From Rhizophagus irregularis (taxonomy: Eukaryota): DNA of 64,000 nucleotides. The stretch is from positions 4,402,001 to 4,466,000 of the forward strand of contig NC_089434.1 of the NCBI RefSeq assembly GCF_026210795.1, in the 5' to 3' direction. The translations under genes and the position numbers were made by a program. Positions 37,096 through 50,524 of the stretch are shown here, in pieces. Position 1 is the stretch's first letter. Each line of letters opens with the position of its first letter. A model generated the notes under the pieces. That model did not search any database. It had not been told where the DNA came from and saw only the letters and a program-made list of their open reading frames with translations.

Positions 37096-38562
37096 CTACA
37101 CATTCATTTCTTTAATCACTCCTTCAATTTTATATTTATCGATAATTTTCATATAAGAATCATTTTTTCGATAAAAATAATACCCATGGACATATATAGA
37201 AACTGCAGGTCGTCCTTTCCATTTTTCAAAAAATAATTCTAATGCTTTTAAAGAAAGTCTAATATCATAAGAAATTCCAATTTCTCTTAGATTGGTTGAT
37301 GCTTCTTTAACTAACAAATTTAACAAATAATCTCCAAATTCTAATTCTCTCCCTTCTTTATAATATGCATCTTGAAAATATAATGCTCGCAAATTTTGAC
37401 ATTTTTTAAGTAATTTTTCAAATTCAATAAAATGATTCTCCAATAATGGAAAAACAGGAATTGTTAAATATTCAATTAAAAAACAATTTTCACTAATTGT
37501 ATGTATAAAATTAAGAGAGATATCAATAATATTATCATTCCAGTGAAAATCATTGATCCTTAATTCTTTAAGATATAAACAATTTTTTATTATGCAAGTA
37601 ACTTGATAAATATCTATATAATCTATCTTTAGAATCTCAAGGTCACGATAAGTTACCATTTCCAATTTTTCATTAAAATCATCATTACTTAAAAATAGAG
37701 GTGAATCAATGTCTAATATTTTTAAATTATGAAGTCTTAGGAGTGTATATTGTATAAACGAATAATCATAATTATTGTAATTACTGTCATAATCAAATAG
37801 AAGGCATGTTTCAAAATGATTAATAGTATTTGCATGTTTTTCTAACATGTTAAAAATTTCTGTATAAGGATCTTCCAATATTTCCCAATAATAGAAGCCA
37901 TCATCTACTTTAAAATCATCTATCCATTTAAAATATTTTAAATTTTTTTGTAATTCAATTAATTTAGTAGTTCCATTATTAACTTTTGTGTTTTTATTAA
38001 TAATTATCATTCTTTGTATTTGTTGACAGATATTTGCTAATTTGTAAAAGTACCTAGGATCGATCAATGTGTCAAATGTTAATTCACAAAGTGATTCGAG
38101 ATAGTCCTTTATTTCTGGAAGATATAAAATCTCATGGGTATCACATATACTCAAATACTTAATTTCTGGACATTTCTTTATCAAGAAACTATAAATTTCC
38201 TCTTGTAAAAGAAATTGATTATATTCTGATGATGTTCCAATGGAAATGATATTATCAATAATTATTGTATCAATACTTTTACAAAATGACAAATAATCAA
38301 ATACAAGTGATTGGTTTGAAATTAGAATTTCTTTTTTTGTTAAGAATTCTTTAATATCATTAGATAAATAAGAAGTAAGAATGGAATATAAAGAAATTTT
38401 TTTATGGTAATTAATATCATAACACCAAGGATTCCTCCATAAAATTGGAATAACGATTTTACACCAAATTCTATTAACCATTAGGCATGAAAAGAGGAAT
38501 ATTGAACTATCATGTAATTCCTCAAATATTAAGAAAAGAATATCTTTATTAAGTTATGACAT
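37096..38562 (-). pseudogene. F-box/LRR paralogue with a stop at codon 3; 461-aa ORF intact from Met at 38481
   Basis: ATG TCA TAA CTT AAT AAA GAT ATT (M S * L N K D I) aligns to MSKLNRDI and MARLNKDI. The remainder is open to the normal stop. Confidence 0.8.
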
Positions 38563-39619
38563 TTTCTTCAAAAAAAAACATAGAAATAGTAATAGGAGAG
38601 AAAAAAAAAGTAAATGATTAAAAATAAACAATGAAGTATACTGTATTTATATGAAACTCCGGTGTACGACCATAATGCTGATCGTCAGAATATATATGGT
38701 TAATATAGGATCTCCAGCCACACACAAATAAAATTATTCGGTTGATACTTGAAAAAAATTAGTAAATAAAATGGTAAAATTCTTAAATATCCTGAATTAT
38801 TCTGAAACATATCTAAGTTTAATTAAAGCTGAGCAAAGAAAAAAAATGTTAGTAATACTATTTTTCAAAAAATAATTTTAGTTTTTTCGTTAAAAAGTAG
38901 TTTAAAAGCTTACCATACCTTGAGATTCAATCAATGCTCATTCTTAGCTAGATATAGGCTAACTTATGTCTGTTTCACCTGAACATCATGTAGAGGTTAC
39001 AACGATAGAAGATAATCATTAATTATCAGGGTTGGCCGAAACTAGTAATACCAAAGCTACAATATAAATTTCTAACATTAAAATGTCTAACATTTTAACA
39101 CATTATGTAAGATAAGACAGATATATATATATATATTTTCAGGATAAATTCTAAAGAATATATTTCAATTAAGTGACAAATACATCGCGAAGATGCTAAT
39201 AATGCAAATTGTGTCAAATGATCTCTGTCTGTAAGATCAAGAATATCTCTGAATAAGCACAAATAGAAAAGAAATTACAGCAGTACTGATACATAATAAG
39301 AAGATCATCAACTAATATAAACCTAAATTATACTGTGCAAATTTATTTCTGATTTTTTATTAAATTTTATCATTTTTTTGTCGTTAATTTTCCATCCATT
39401 TAAATAAATAAAATTATATTACATTCTACAAGTTTATTTCCATTTTCTACTGATTTTTGATAACAATGAAAAGCTTTATCCAAATTCCTTTCTGTTTCTT
39501 CACCATTTTCATAACATATTACTAATTAAACATTGCTTTAATATTACCATTTCTGCTGCTTTTTGATATCAATGAAAGGCTTTTTCAAAATTCTTTTCTG
39601 TTCCTTCTCCATTTTCATA

Positions 39620-39820
39620 ACATTCACTAACAAAATATTGTGTCTTCCATCACTCCTTTTCATCTCCCATCACTTCTTTTCTCCTTGCATCACCCATCAC
39701 TTCTTTTCGTCTCCCATCACTCTTCTTCGTCTCCCATCACTTTTTTCTTCCCCGTCACTCCTCTTCATCTTCCCATCACTTCTTTTTGTCTCCCATCACT
39801 TCTTTTCATCTTTCATCTCT
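39620..39820. repeat. ~21-bp ccatcact minisatellite
   Basis: tctcccatcacttcttttcg-like units, the same as at 31585-31920. Confidence 0.85.
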
Positions 39821-40111
39821 CTGGCTATGGAATATGTGGTAGGTGTTATTTCGTGAGTGTGTGGCTGCATAATGGTGTAATAAAACATCATTGACGCCAT
39901 TTCTCTCTTTTTTTTTAGTAAAGCTCAAGCCCAACTCGAGTCAGCTCAAGTCCAGCTCAGCTTGAGCCGGGATTTATATGGCTCAGCTTGGCTCAAAAAG
40001 CTCGAACCAATATTTGTTGTGGTTCAGTTCATTGCGGACTCAGCTCTCTTAATTCAAGCCGAGCTTGAGCTATGCTCTGGCTCAGCTCGAGCTAGCTCAT
40101 GCGGAACTTTA

Positions 40112-41176
40112 ACTACTAGCAAACCATTTATTTTATAATATCTATTAAAAAAAAAAAATTTATTAAAATTGTAAAATTTAACAAATTTTCAATCAATTTT
40201 TTATAAAAAAAAGATCTCTCTAATGAAATTCTCTATTAAAAAAAATTTCAAGCCAAAATTCTCGATACACTTATTAAAAAAAAACTATTTTCAATAAAAT
40301 TTTCTATTAAGATTTCTAAACAAAATTCTTCATCAAAAAATTTTCAACCAGCAATTTTCTAATGAAATTCTCAATCAAAAAAAATATCTCTGATTAAGAA
40401 AAATTTCTAACAAAAATCTTCCATCAAAAAACACATTTTCGCTATTAAAAAAAAATTCAAAGATTCTTACCTATTAAAAAAAATTCTCAAAAGAATTTCT
40501 ATATCAAAAAAAACTTCCCTTCTATTAAAAAAAAAATCTTTACCGAAATTCTCTATCAAAAAAAAAATCTCCCTTGTTAAAAAAATTTACACTAACGAAA
40601 TTATCTATCAAAAAAAATATATATATCTTACCTATTAAAAAAAAATTCTATGATAAAATTTCTATCAAAAAAAAAAATTCTCAGTGAATCTATTAAAGAA
40701 AAATTCTTTAATGAAATTCTCTATCAAAAAATTCATGTAAAATTTTAAAAAAAAAATTTTTTCAAAACTACGCTAAACTTAAAAACATGTGATCGACAGA
40801 ATATCAATCCTGTGATAAAATTATTGAGTATAGTTGGATTAAATTAAACACAGTTGGACAAAAACATCAAACACAGATGGATAAAAATATCAAGCACAGA
40901 TGGACAAAAACATAAAGCATGGACAGATAAAAATGTAGATAAAACCATTAAGCACATACAGATAAAAAACATTAAGCAGTTTAAGCACGTACAGATAAAC
41001 ATCAAGTACATACAGATAAAAGTATCAAGCATGTGATAGATAAACATCAAGTACGGACAGATGAATATCAAGCATGAACAGGTAAAATATCAGGCATGGT
41101 GTAACATTTTGTCAATCCATGCTTGATTTTTCACCCACCCAATGCCTGATAGTTTAGTCCAACTCAACTTGCCATA
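40112..41176 (-). mobile_element. 'TATGGCAAG' family copy D (inverted, partial)
   Basis: Ends gtccaactcaacttgccata, the near reverse complement of the start of copy A. Confidence 0.8.
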
Positions 41177-42039
41177 ATTTTCTGGTCCAGATGATCGGCA
41201 ATCAGGAATTCAGCTCTGTTTTTTGGCTAACTACATAATTCACATACAATCAATATGCATTTTAAAATGTTGTGACCCATACACAATTAACTCTCAAGTC
41301 AAAATTTTTGATTTCAAATTGGAAGTTTTTGATTTGAATGCTCAGTATCCAAATGTAATAAGATTGTTATATAAATATAGCACACAATATGAAGCTCTTA
41401 TTGACCAAAAGGAAAAATATTTATTGTTTGGGTAAAAGAAATTAAAGACAATCATCTTTTTCATATTCATCCAATAAACAATGTTCCAAAAAAAAACATA
41501 TACATTTTTATGGTGCAGCAGTCTAAAGTATTATATTTTCATTAAATTGATAGTAAAAATAATATCATAATTCACAAATCAAAATCAGTAGTAGAATGTT
41601 CAACATTTGACCTTACTGATCCTAAAGAACTGATAAATGTCTATTTCTATTAAAGTCTCTAATTTATCATGTTAATGATAACATCTCACTAACGCTGTTG
41701 ACCAGCTCAGTCTGTTGAGCAGTAATTATGAATAACTTCAGGAAGATGCTTGCTATGAAGTATTTCAATCAAAATCCTTACACACAAAAAGGAGTTCTTA
41801 ATTGCAGATTAAAATTGTATCTTTATTTAGTAAATCTATCTCATATTGAGACAAATACATGATATATTTATATAAAATACATTTCCTTTAAGTATATAAA
41901 TTATAAAAGAAATAAAAGAAATAAATATAATAAAATAATTATAAACATCATAAGAAATAAAATATATAAAAAATAAGAAATATAAGAAAAATATACTATA
42001 ATATGTCGATCATTTTGTGGTGCAGTAAATCTTGTGATT

Positions 42040-42830
42040 TTTCTAATTTTCACAAATAATATGATCTTAAAATTAGTTTATTTAATATAACTAATCCACC
42101 AGATATAAGTACAAGTGATGGAATAAGATCATATGTTACAACACTATTAAAATACAATATCTGAATAATCAATTGTGGTATATCTTCAACAAAGATATAC
42201 CACAAAGTATGATCTTTATGATAATAGAGCTGAAAATACTTTGAGACCAAATAAATTTGATGTCAAAGTATTTATTGCTAGTATGTCAATGGCTGAAAAT
42301 ATTGTGCATAACCCTGTAATTGAATCTGAATGTTGTCCTGTCTTAAACAGACCTAAATATAGTAAAGAAATATAAATTTTTCTATTTTCTAGTAAAAAAT
42401 TAAAAAAACTAAAAATTTTTAAAAAAAATATGTATATTACCTGACAACATCCAAGTTTTCTCATTAATTCCTAATAAAGGTTCAATTACCACATGATAAG
42501 AAGAATTTGGCTGATTAAATGTACTACTGAAAATTGGAATATGCCCTGTGTAGTTATTACTTTCAACAGTACATAGTTTGGATTCTTCTGAAAATGTTTG
42601 TCGTAATAGACTTGGTTTGTATGGGTTATCATTTAGTTGAAATATGGAAATATTTGCAGTAGATAACCTCACTGAAATATTGACAGCTGGCTTTGCTGAC
42701 TCAATTACAGGATTATCATATTCAGCTCCTATAAATCAAAAAAAAATTTTTATTAAAATAAAAATAAAAGTAAAAAGTAAAAAATAAATTAAAAACTTAC
42801 CTTGATTATTTAATCTTAATAAAGCCATCA
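42040..42830 (-). pseudogene. Internally deleted relic of a multi-exon membrane protein (Ig-like extracellular part and C-terminal TM helices)
   Basis: Exon fragments LRQTFSEESKLCTV...IPIFSSTFNQPNSSYHVVIEPLLGI, FSAIDILAINTLTSNLFGLKVFSA and FVEDIPQLIIQILY...DLIPSLVLI. Introns at ~42353-42440 and ~42729-42800. Frameshifted. Confidence 0.65.
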
Positions 42831-43129
42831 ATAAAATTCCTAGTTGTCTCTATTAAAATTTATTTAACCTTATGAAGTTGGACGACTAAAGTAGTAAAAG
42901 TATGCAAATAGAAAAAAAAATCTGGGAGTTAATATATCTTACAAATTGAAAAATGTAAAAAAAATTTCATGATGTTTTATTTTTGTTATTTTTTTTTTTA
43001 AAAAAAAAGAAAAAAAATTTCGTCTAACACGATTATCATAAGACCTACATGATCCCAATTTTAATTTTTTAATACAAAAGAATGCCCTAGTTAGATAAAT
43101 TAAGTGACTTTTATTGAAAACTAATAGTT

Positions 43130-43860
43130 GTATTTCGGAAATAAAATAAATAATGTTTCTATCGAAAATTGATAAGTTTTTATTTCACAAATTTTTAAAA
43201 TTCAAAAATTAAAAAAAAATTAACGTTAAATACTTATTTTTGTGGCCAAACGACAATCATTTTTAAGTTTCTTGTGTAACATTTACATCAATGATATCAA
43301 ATAATCTTGATACACAAGCTATTGTTCGTTTGTAAGAAGTTCTTCTTGTGTAACATCTACACCAATGATATCAAATAATCTTGATACACAGGCTATTATC
43401 GTTTAGTAAGAAATTTCCATATGTGGTTTAATTTGTAATTATTGGCTATAATAAAATGATTTATTAAGATAATTGTTTTGCTTATCTGTTTTATTTGTTC
43501 AAATACGTGAGAACAATCTTCCGCAAAATTTTCATGGTGAACATTTATAATAAAAATTGTAAGAAAGGCATAATATATATGATAACAGCTTTTCTTTCCT
43601 ATTGATTAGCGCATCGTAGTAATAAATTATTTTTCGTTTAATAAATTGATAATTACCGGGGTGATCATTACCGTTGGCCAGAATTATCAATTTTTACCGG
43701 CACTATATTTTTTTAATGCTGGTCGATCATCATAATTTCAATTACCGGTGATCATCAACACCCAAAATTCTAATAAATTAGTGTTCGCTCAATTAAAATA
43801 ATTAATGTTTAATGCTATTGATAATGAGAAATATAAAATATTTCATACGCCATGCATCGG
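43130..43860 (+). repeat. Dispersed duplicated segment (partner ~62790-63335)
   Basis: Near-identical cttgtgtaacatctacatcaatgatatcaaataatcttgatacac, gataac.gctttt and tacgccatgca blocks. Confidence 0.9.
43648..43770. mobile_element. 123-bp mini-MITE with 9-bp TSD (Mutator-like)
   Basis: TSD taataaatt at 43639-43647 and 43771-43779. It is absent from the paralogous segment at ~63213. A second copy (26585/28320-28415) is split by the LINE. Confidence 0.8.
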
Positions 43861-44559
43861 ATAGGCACTAATATAGTAATGAAATGAAATCATGAGATAC
43901 GGGGTACGTAAAATTAATGTAATACCCGACCAGTGTAATAGAGTAACAAAATAAGTAATTTCATGAATTTTCATTTTAATTGTTTCCAAATTTAGAAATA
44001 TATTTCTTAATATTCAAATGACGAAACATAAATAATAAAATGTGTTTCAAATACAAATATTAAATAAAACAATATACTTATCACACGTTCTACGTATTGT
44101 TTATGCTTTGACTACGGCTTATAATCTTATACGAAATTTATAATGTCCCTATAAAAAAAACTCTGACATGTGATCAATTTTCCAAAAAAATTTTTTTAGG
44201 GTATGTTTTTTTGTTCTCATCTTATTATACATTACGATGAAACGGATTGTTTATATGATTATAGTAATATGTAGGAGGTTACAGCTAATTTATAGAACAT
44301 AAAATATAATTACTATACTATGAATGAGGTAGATTTTACCTGAAGTCGAAATGCTTATATTAAAATTATAAACAGTAAAAGCAATTCAATAACAAATTTC
44401 TTACAGGACGGGTTATCATTTTATTGTGGAAATAACAGAACAAGTACAGTAAATATTTTTAAGTGAATTAATAATATCATTACTACTAGTAGTAATATAT
44501 GTATAATATAAACTGGTCATATTTACAATATTTATTGGTATTATTAACCAAACTTTTAT

Positions 44560-45050
44560 TTATGCAATATCCGTCTTATATATTATTAGAAAAAAATCCA
44601 AAAAAAAAAATTCCATAAGATTTTGTTATATTTATAACGATCTATTGAAAAAAAAATCGGAAAATTTTATTTATACGCTTATGTATTATATCTATTATTA
44701 GAAAAAAAAAATTTGAAAAAAATTCTGAAAGATCTATAACGATATATTGGCATTATTATAAAAAAAATTAGAAAATTTTATACAATACCTGTCTTATGTA
44801 TTATACCAATATATATTGTTGTTATTAGAAAAAAAATTTCAAAAAAAAAAATTCTGAAAAATTTTGTTAGATTTATTCATTTTATTGACATTATTAAAAA
44901 AAAATGGAAATTGTTATTTATACAATACCTGTCTCACGTATTATATCTATTATTAGAAAAAAAAATCTAAAAAAAAATTCCAAAAGATCCATAGCGATCT
45001 ATTGGCATTATTAGAAAAATTTTATTTATATAATTTTTGTCTTACGTTAA
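44560..45050. repeat. ~110-130-bp tandem repeat; inverted relative at ~60190-60405
   Basis: tattattagaaaaaaaa...aagatctataacgat.tattggcattatt units. Confidence 0.75.
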
Positions 45051-45957
45051 TTGAAATATTTATCAATGGACGTTTAGTTCTGATATTATTATAAGTACAA
45101 TTATATAAATAATAATAAAATACTTATAAATTATTTTTCTTTTTTTAAATAATTCTTTGTAAATATTATTCAATTACGTTATTTTTGTAATATTATCGTA
45201 AAAATTTTATCCGTATAATTATTTCCATAATTGAGATTGAATATACAACTTTTATGGAAATAATGTTCAATTTTTTAGAACTCTAAAATTAGTATCTACA
45301 AAGAAAATTTTATTAAGGTTCATAATTAAAACGTATTGTTAATTTATTTCCATTGCTAAAGAAAAATAATGTTCGTTACACGATTAAAAGTCCCGTAATG
45401 ATTTATCATACCAAAATCTATTTTTAAACTTGGATCAACAACAATTGGAATTCTAGAAATGCAACTATTATTCTGTTCGTTTCATATATATATATTTGGT
45501 TTTTTTTTAAGTTAAAAATTTCGATTTTCATGATCGTTTCATATATGTGAAACCGATTATCTGCATAACATAAACAATAATTAAAAACGAATATAAATAA
45601 AAAAATAAAGATTTTATATTTTGTACTATAACTCTTCTAGAATAAAAAAAAATTTTTTAATTGTTAAAATTATACAAATTAATCAAAAATAACGCGCTGA
45701 AACTTTGAAGGGGAAAATTTAAGGTATTACATAATGCTACGCGCCGGGAGAGAAATTAATAAATCAAATTGTTTAACAGATTGTCTTCTGAAAAGATATT
45801 TAAATCCCTAAAAATTTCTGACTTTGAAGTAGCAAAGAATTCACTGGTCTTTATTTTGAAAATAATAAAATAAGAATTCAAATTTACTTATTAAAAACTG
45901 TTCTCTAATACGATAAAAAAAACTTTTAACGAAAATTATTTTTTACTGAATCTTACA

Positions 45958-46521
45958 ATGGTTCAATCCAAAATCTCCGGTGCTATCAACTTCGTTTTTA
46001 TCTTCACACTTTTGATTGGACTCGTTGGACGAGTTTCAGCTCATGGTATTCTTCTTAGCCCTACTCCCAGACTTCCATATGGTCATAATGTTACCGATAT
46101 AATTGCTAAGGTTTCCAACCCAACCAAAGAATTTCCCTGTGGTATTGCCGGTGATAGTCCAGGCCCAGTTACAACATACAAACCTGGTGAGAAAATTTTA
46201 ATCGCCTATAATAGAACTATTACTCATGGTGGAGACTGTTTAATGCAAATATCTCGATATGGTGATAAATATGATAAAGATTTCAAGACTTTCGAGAACT
46301 TAGGCCCATGTGGTATGGAAAAAGGCTTATTCACTGCATTTGTTGAAGTACCGCACGATGAATGTGATAACAAAGATTGTGTAATGAGATTCAGATGGGA
46401 TGACGACGTTGGTAACAATTACTTGTATTGCGTCAATGTTAGAATAAAGAAATATCCTGATTGCTGGGATTCAAAGAGAAGAAGATCCATCGGTACAACT
46501 AGAAGGGCTTTAAAAAATTAA
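45958..46521 (+). CDS. Secreted histidine-brace protein, LPMO-like (AA11/chitin-binding type 4-like), 187 aa
   Basis: Hydrophobic signal peptide ending VSA|H29 (HGILLSPTPR), FPCG, second His in THGGDC, and RFRW...NNYLYCVNV. Seven Cys. Intact intronless ORF. Confidence 0.8.
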   Translation: MVQSKISGAINFVFIFTLLIGLVGRVSAHGILLSPTPRLPYGHNVTDIIAKVSNPTKEFPCGIAGDSPGPVTTYKPGEKILIAYNRTITHGGDCLMQISRYGDKYDKDFKTFENLGPCGMEKGLFTAFVEVPHDECDNKDCVMRFRWDDDVGNNYLYCVNVRIKKYPDCWDSKRRRSIGTTRRALKN

Positions 46522-46549
46522 TAATTTCACGTTTTTATTATTTATTTTA

Positions 46550-47562
46550 GGGTAATTTTAACGCTCACCCCAGGTGAAAATCACCTGGTCATATGATTTT
46601 TAAAATTTATACATGTAAAGTAAAACTGATTTTTTAATAAATTATAAATTAAAATTTTCCTCTTTACTTTATTAAAGCATTATAAAATTTGATAGCTAAA
46701 ATGTTGACCAAAATGGTGAAATTATATTCTTAGCAAGAAAAATTCGAAAATTAGTACCAATATGAAAAATACGGATATCTTTGCAAACATAATACCTACA
46801 CTCATGAAAATTAAAATGTAAGTGTTTTCCACCTTGCTGAACAATTTTCACTTAATAAAGAAAGTCGATTTCATTTGAGTAAAGTAGTGAAATTACGCTC
46901 TGAATTTAATAAACAAAAAATGAAAAATTCGAAAATTATTGCCATTACGTAAATGCGAATATCTCTACAAGTATTATACCTACGCTCATGAAATTTAAGA
47001 TATAAGTAGTTTCGACATCGGTGAACAACTTTTACTTAATAAAGGAAGTCGATTTCATTTGACTGAAGTAGTGAAATTACGCTCTGAAATTAACAAACGG
47101 AAAACGAAAAATTCAAAAATTATTGTTATTATAAAAAACATGAATATTTCCACAAGTATTATACCTACGTTTATGATATTCAAGATATAAGTAGTTTCGA
47201 CATAGCTGAACAACTTTCACTTAATAAAGAAAGTTGATTTCATTTGACTAAAGTGACGAAATTACGCTCTGAAGTTAGAAAATATAACACGAAAGAAATT
47301 TAGAAATAAATATACTATGAATTGTATAAAATACCTGTAGCTTCACAAGATATAAGTAACAAAACTGAGTCAAAGTGTTTAATATGTGTTAATAACAAAG
47401 CTTTTAAAATTTTTTTTAGAAAAGAAATTTTTTTTTTTATAATCATAACGTGATAAATAAATAAATAAATAATTGTGAAATGTAACACAAATCAAGGGGG
47501 GTGAATTTCACCTAAGGTGATTAAAATTAAAAAATAACCTAGGGTGAATTTTAAATTAATTC
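46550..47562. mobile_element. Mutator-like non-autonomous element (1013 bp), 9-bp TSD, internal ~180-bp tandem repeats
   Basis: TSD tttatttta at 46541-46549 and 47563-47571. G...C ends with imperfect TIRs containing tcacc/ggtga motifs. Three internal repeats at 46730-47280. Confidence 0.75.
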
Positions 47563-48699
47563 TTTATTTTATATATATTTATATATATAAAATGTGCTAT
47601 AAATTATTTGAAAAATCTAGATTAATATAATACTACAAAAGTAATTTTTTTTTATTTGTCGTTTGTTTAGGTTATTTAAAAGATTTATCTTTCTTATTTT
47701 CTTATTTCGGTTTTTATGAATTGATTCGGTGATGAATCATTGCTGGTGGTGATTTTTCACTGTTCATTAAAAAAAAAATTGTTTTTATAAAATCGTTTAT
47801 TCTTTCTGTAATATTTCATATTTTAATGTATTTTATTAATCTAATAAATTTTAAAACAATTGTTTTATTTCATAAAATCACACTCGCAACATAAATGATT
47901 AAAATTAAACTACAAGACAAACTATGATCACGAATTTAACTTTAACGTATATATAGTGTATTTAATATTTATGATAAATTTAATGATGCATTTTTTGAAA
48001 CTGGGGAACCGGCCAATTAAAAAAATTGAAATTCAAATTTCTTTGATCTCTTAGCCTAAACCATTTATTTGTTGATTTTTTGATATAACCACCATCTGCG
48101 CTTGATATTGTAGGCCATAAATCCAGGAGTAATTTTAGCTTAAATATTAAAGTATTTCGGAATTATAGAAATCATCCATATTTTGTGTAACATTAATAGT
48201 CCGAAGTAATTTGGATCGGAAATGAAGATCATCCTAATAATAATGATGTAATAAGTTACAATTAATTTATTATTATTTACGTTGATCAAAGGATCAACAT
48301 GGAAATTATTATATAAACCCCAACTTTTTGATTTAGTATTAGGAGTTCCTTTCAGTTCTTATAAGTCCTTATTAATTCTTTTTAGTTCTTTTTAACTCCT
48401 TTTTTCTAAACAATTCTTTTTAATTTTTATAATTATGACATATTCTTATATAATAAAGAATAAACCTTTTATTAAATTATAAATTTTATGACTTTATAAA
48501 AGAGATGAAATTCTTGTGGTGACAGAGTGGCAGAAGCTGTCATTGCAAATGGTGCATGCTCTGAGAATCACCTTCTATTGTCCACATACAATAGAAAAAA
48601 CTTGTTGAATAATACCTAATAAATAGCCTTTTACTATCGGCATATAGTAAATACCCTCTTAGAAGGAATGGAAATTTATTAGAACCAAGGAGAAAACCC

Positions 48700-50095
48700 A
48701 AATAGCGGTCTCAGGAATTATTTAACAATAAAGAGAAAGTAATAAAAGAATTAGTAATAGAGTATATGGATATCATGGAATATGATAAGGAAAAGCCCAA
48801 TTTAGTACCAAATGTTAAACATCGTATAGTAATAAACAAAGGTCAAACCCCAATTTTACAAAAAGGATATAGAGAAACTTTGGAAAAAAAGAAATTCATA
48901 AAGAAAGAAATAGAGAAAATGTTAAAAGTAGGAAGGATTAGACTATTATATAGTCCTTGGGCATCCCCAGTAACATTAGCAAATAAGAAAAGTGGTACTT
49001 ATAGATTTTGTATTGATTACAGAGCACTTAACAAAGTTACTAAAACAGACGCATATCCTTTACCAAGAATTTATGAATTACTAGAATGATATGAAACATC
49101 AAAATGGTTCACAAGTATGGATCTAGCAGCAGGATTTTATCAAGTAGAAATGGATGAATAAGATAAAGAGAAAACAGCCTTTGTATGTTCATTAGGATTA
49201 TTTGAATTTAATGTTAGTATGCCATTTGGACTTAAAAATGCCCAAAGGTTAATGAATAATGTTTTATACGATTTTATTGGAGATTTTGTTGAAGTTTACA
49301 TTGATGACATAATGATACACTCTAAAAATTTTGAAGATCATATTATACATGTAACTAAAGTATTACAGGAACATAATTTAGTCGTAAAATTAAAAAAGAG
49401 CAGATTTTGTAAACAACAAATTGAATTTTTAGGTCATGAGATTGGTAAAGATGGAATAAAACCCAATTCTAAGAAAGTAGAAATAATTAGTAAAATAAAA
49501 GAACCCCAAACTTTGACAGAGTTACGATCATTTTTAGGATTATATTTATATTAAAGGAGATTTATTAAAGATTTCTCCAAGAAGCCAAACTGTTATATAA
49601 ATTATTAGAAAAAGATGTTCCATATGAATGGACAGATGAACAACAAAATACCTTTGAATGGTTAAAACAATGTCTAACTGAAAGCCCAAGTTTGTCACAC
49701 CCAAACTCTAAGAAGAAGTTTATTTTGATAACAGATGCATCAGCAGATGAATTAGAAGCTATATTAGTTCAGAAAAATGATAAAAATAAGGAATTGTAAT
49801 AGCATATGCCAGTAGAAGTACCAATAAAACTGAGAGAAATTATCCTATTACAGATTTGAAATGTTTGGCAATAATATATGGAGTTGAATATTTCCATAAA
49901 TTCTTAATAAATAAAAGATTTAAGATAATCACTAATCATGCAGCTCTTAAAAGTTTAGTAAATGAGAAAATTCCAAAAGGAAGGTGTGCAAGATGGATAA
50001 TGAAATTGCAACAATATGATTTCTTTGTAGAACATAGACCAGGAAAGAAAAATGGTAATGCTGATGCACTTTCAAGATTGAAATATAAACAATAA
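48700..50095 (+). pseudogene. pol: Gypsy reverse transcriptase plus RNase H (disrupted)
   Basis: SPWASPV, RFCIDYRALN, DAYPLPRI, MPFGLKNA, YIDD, FLGH, LRSFLGL, LITDAS, AYASRS and HRPGKKNGNADALSR motifs, with stops and frameshifts. Confidence 0.95.
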
Positions 50096-50524
50096 TTAAA
50101 ATTAATTAATTTAGTGCAATAAACAAATTAAGAAAGCCAAGTCTTATTGAACATTTAAGGAAATAAATTAGTAATGAAACATTTTTTTGGCATAAAAGAA
50201 TCTTAGAATTTCTAGACAGAAAATTAGAATTTAAATTTGAACAATTAAAACCCAAATCTTAATATTATTCTGATAATGTAAACAAATTATCACAAGGAGA
50301 ATTTGTTTATTTAAAAATATAAACAATAATTTAAAAGATACACCAAGATCATCTAAAGATGCACCAGTAAAATTGATGATGATCATTAAACTGCGGGGAA
50401 AGAATTTATTATAAAAAGGATAGCATTTAGAACAAAAGATATCATACAAATCACAAGTTTAATAATAAACAACAACCTTTTTCAGAAATAAAAAAACCCA
50501 AAACTTGAAACCCAAATTTAAAAA

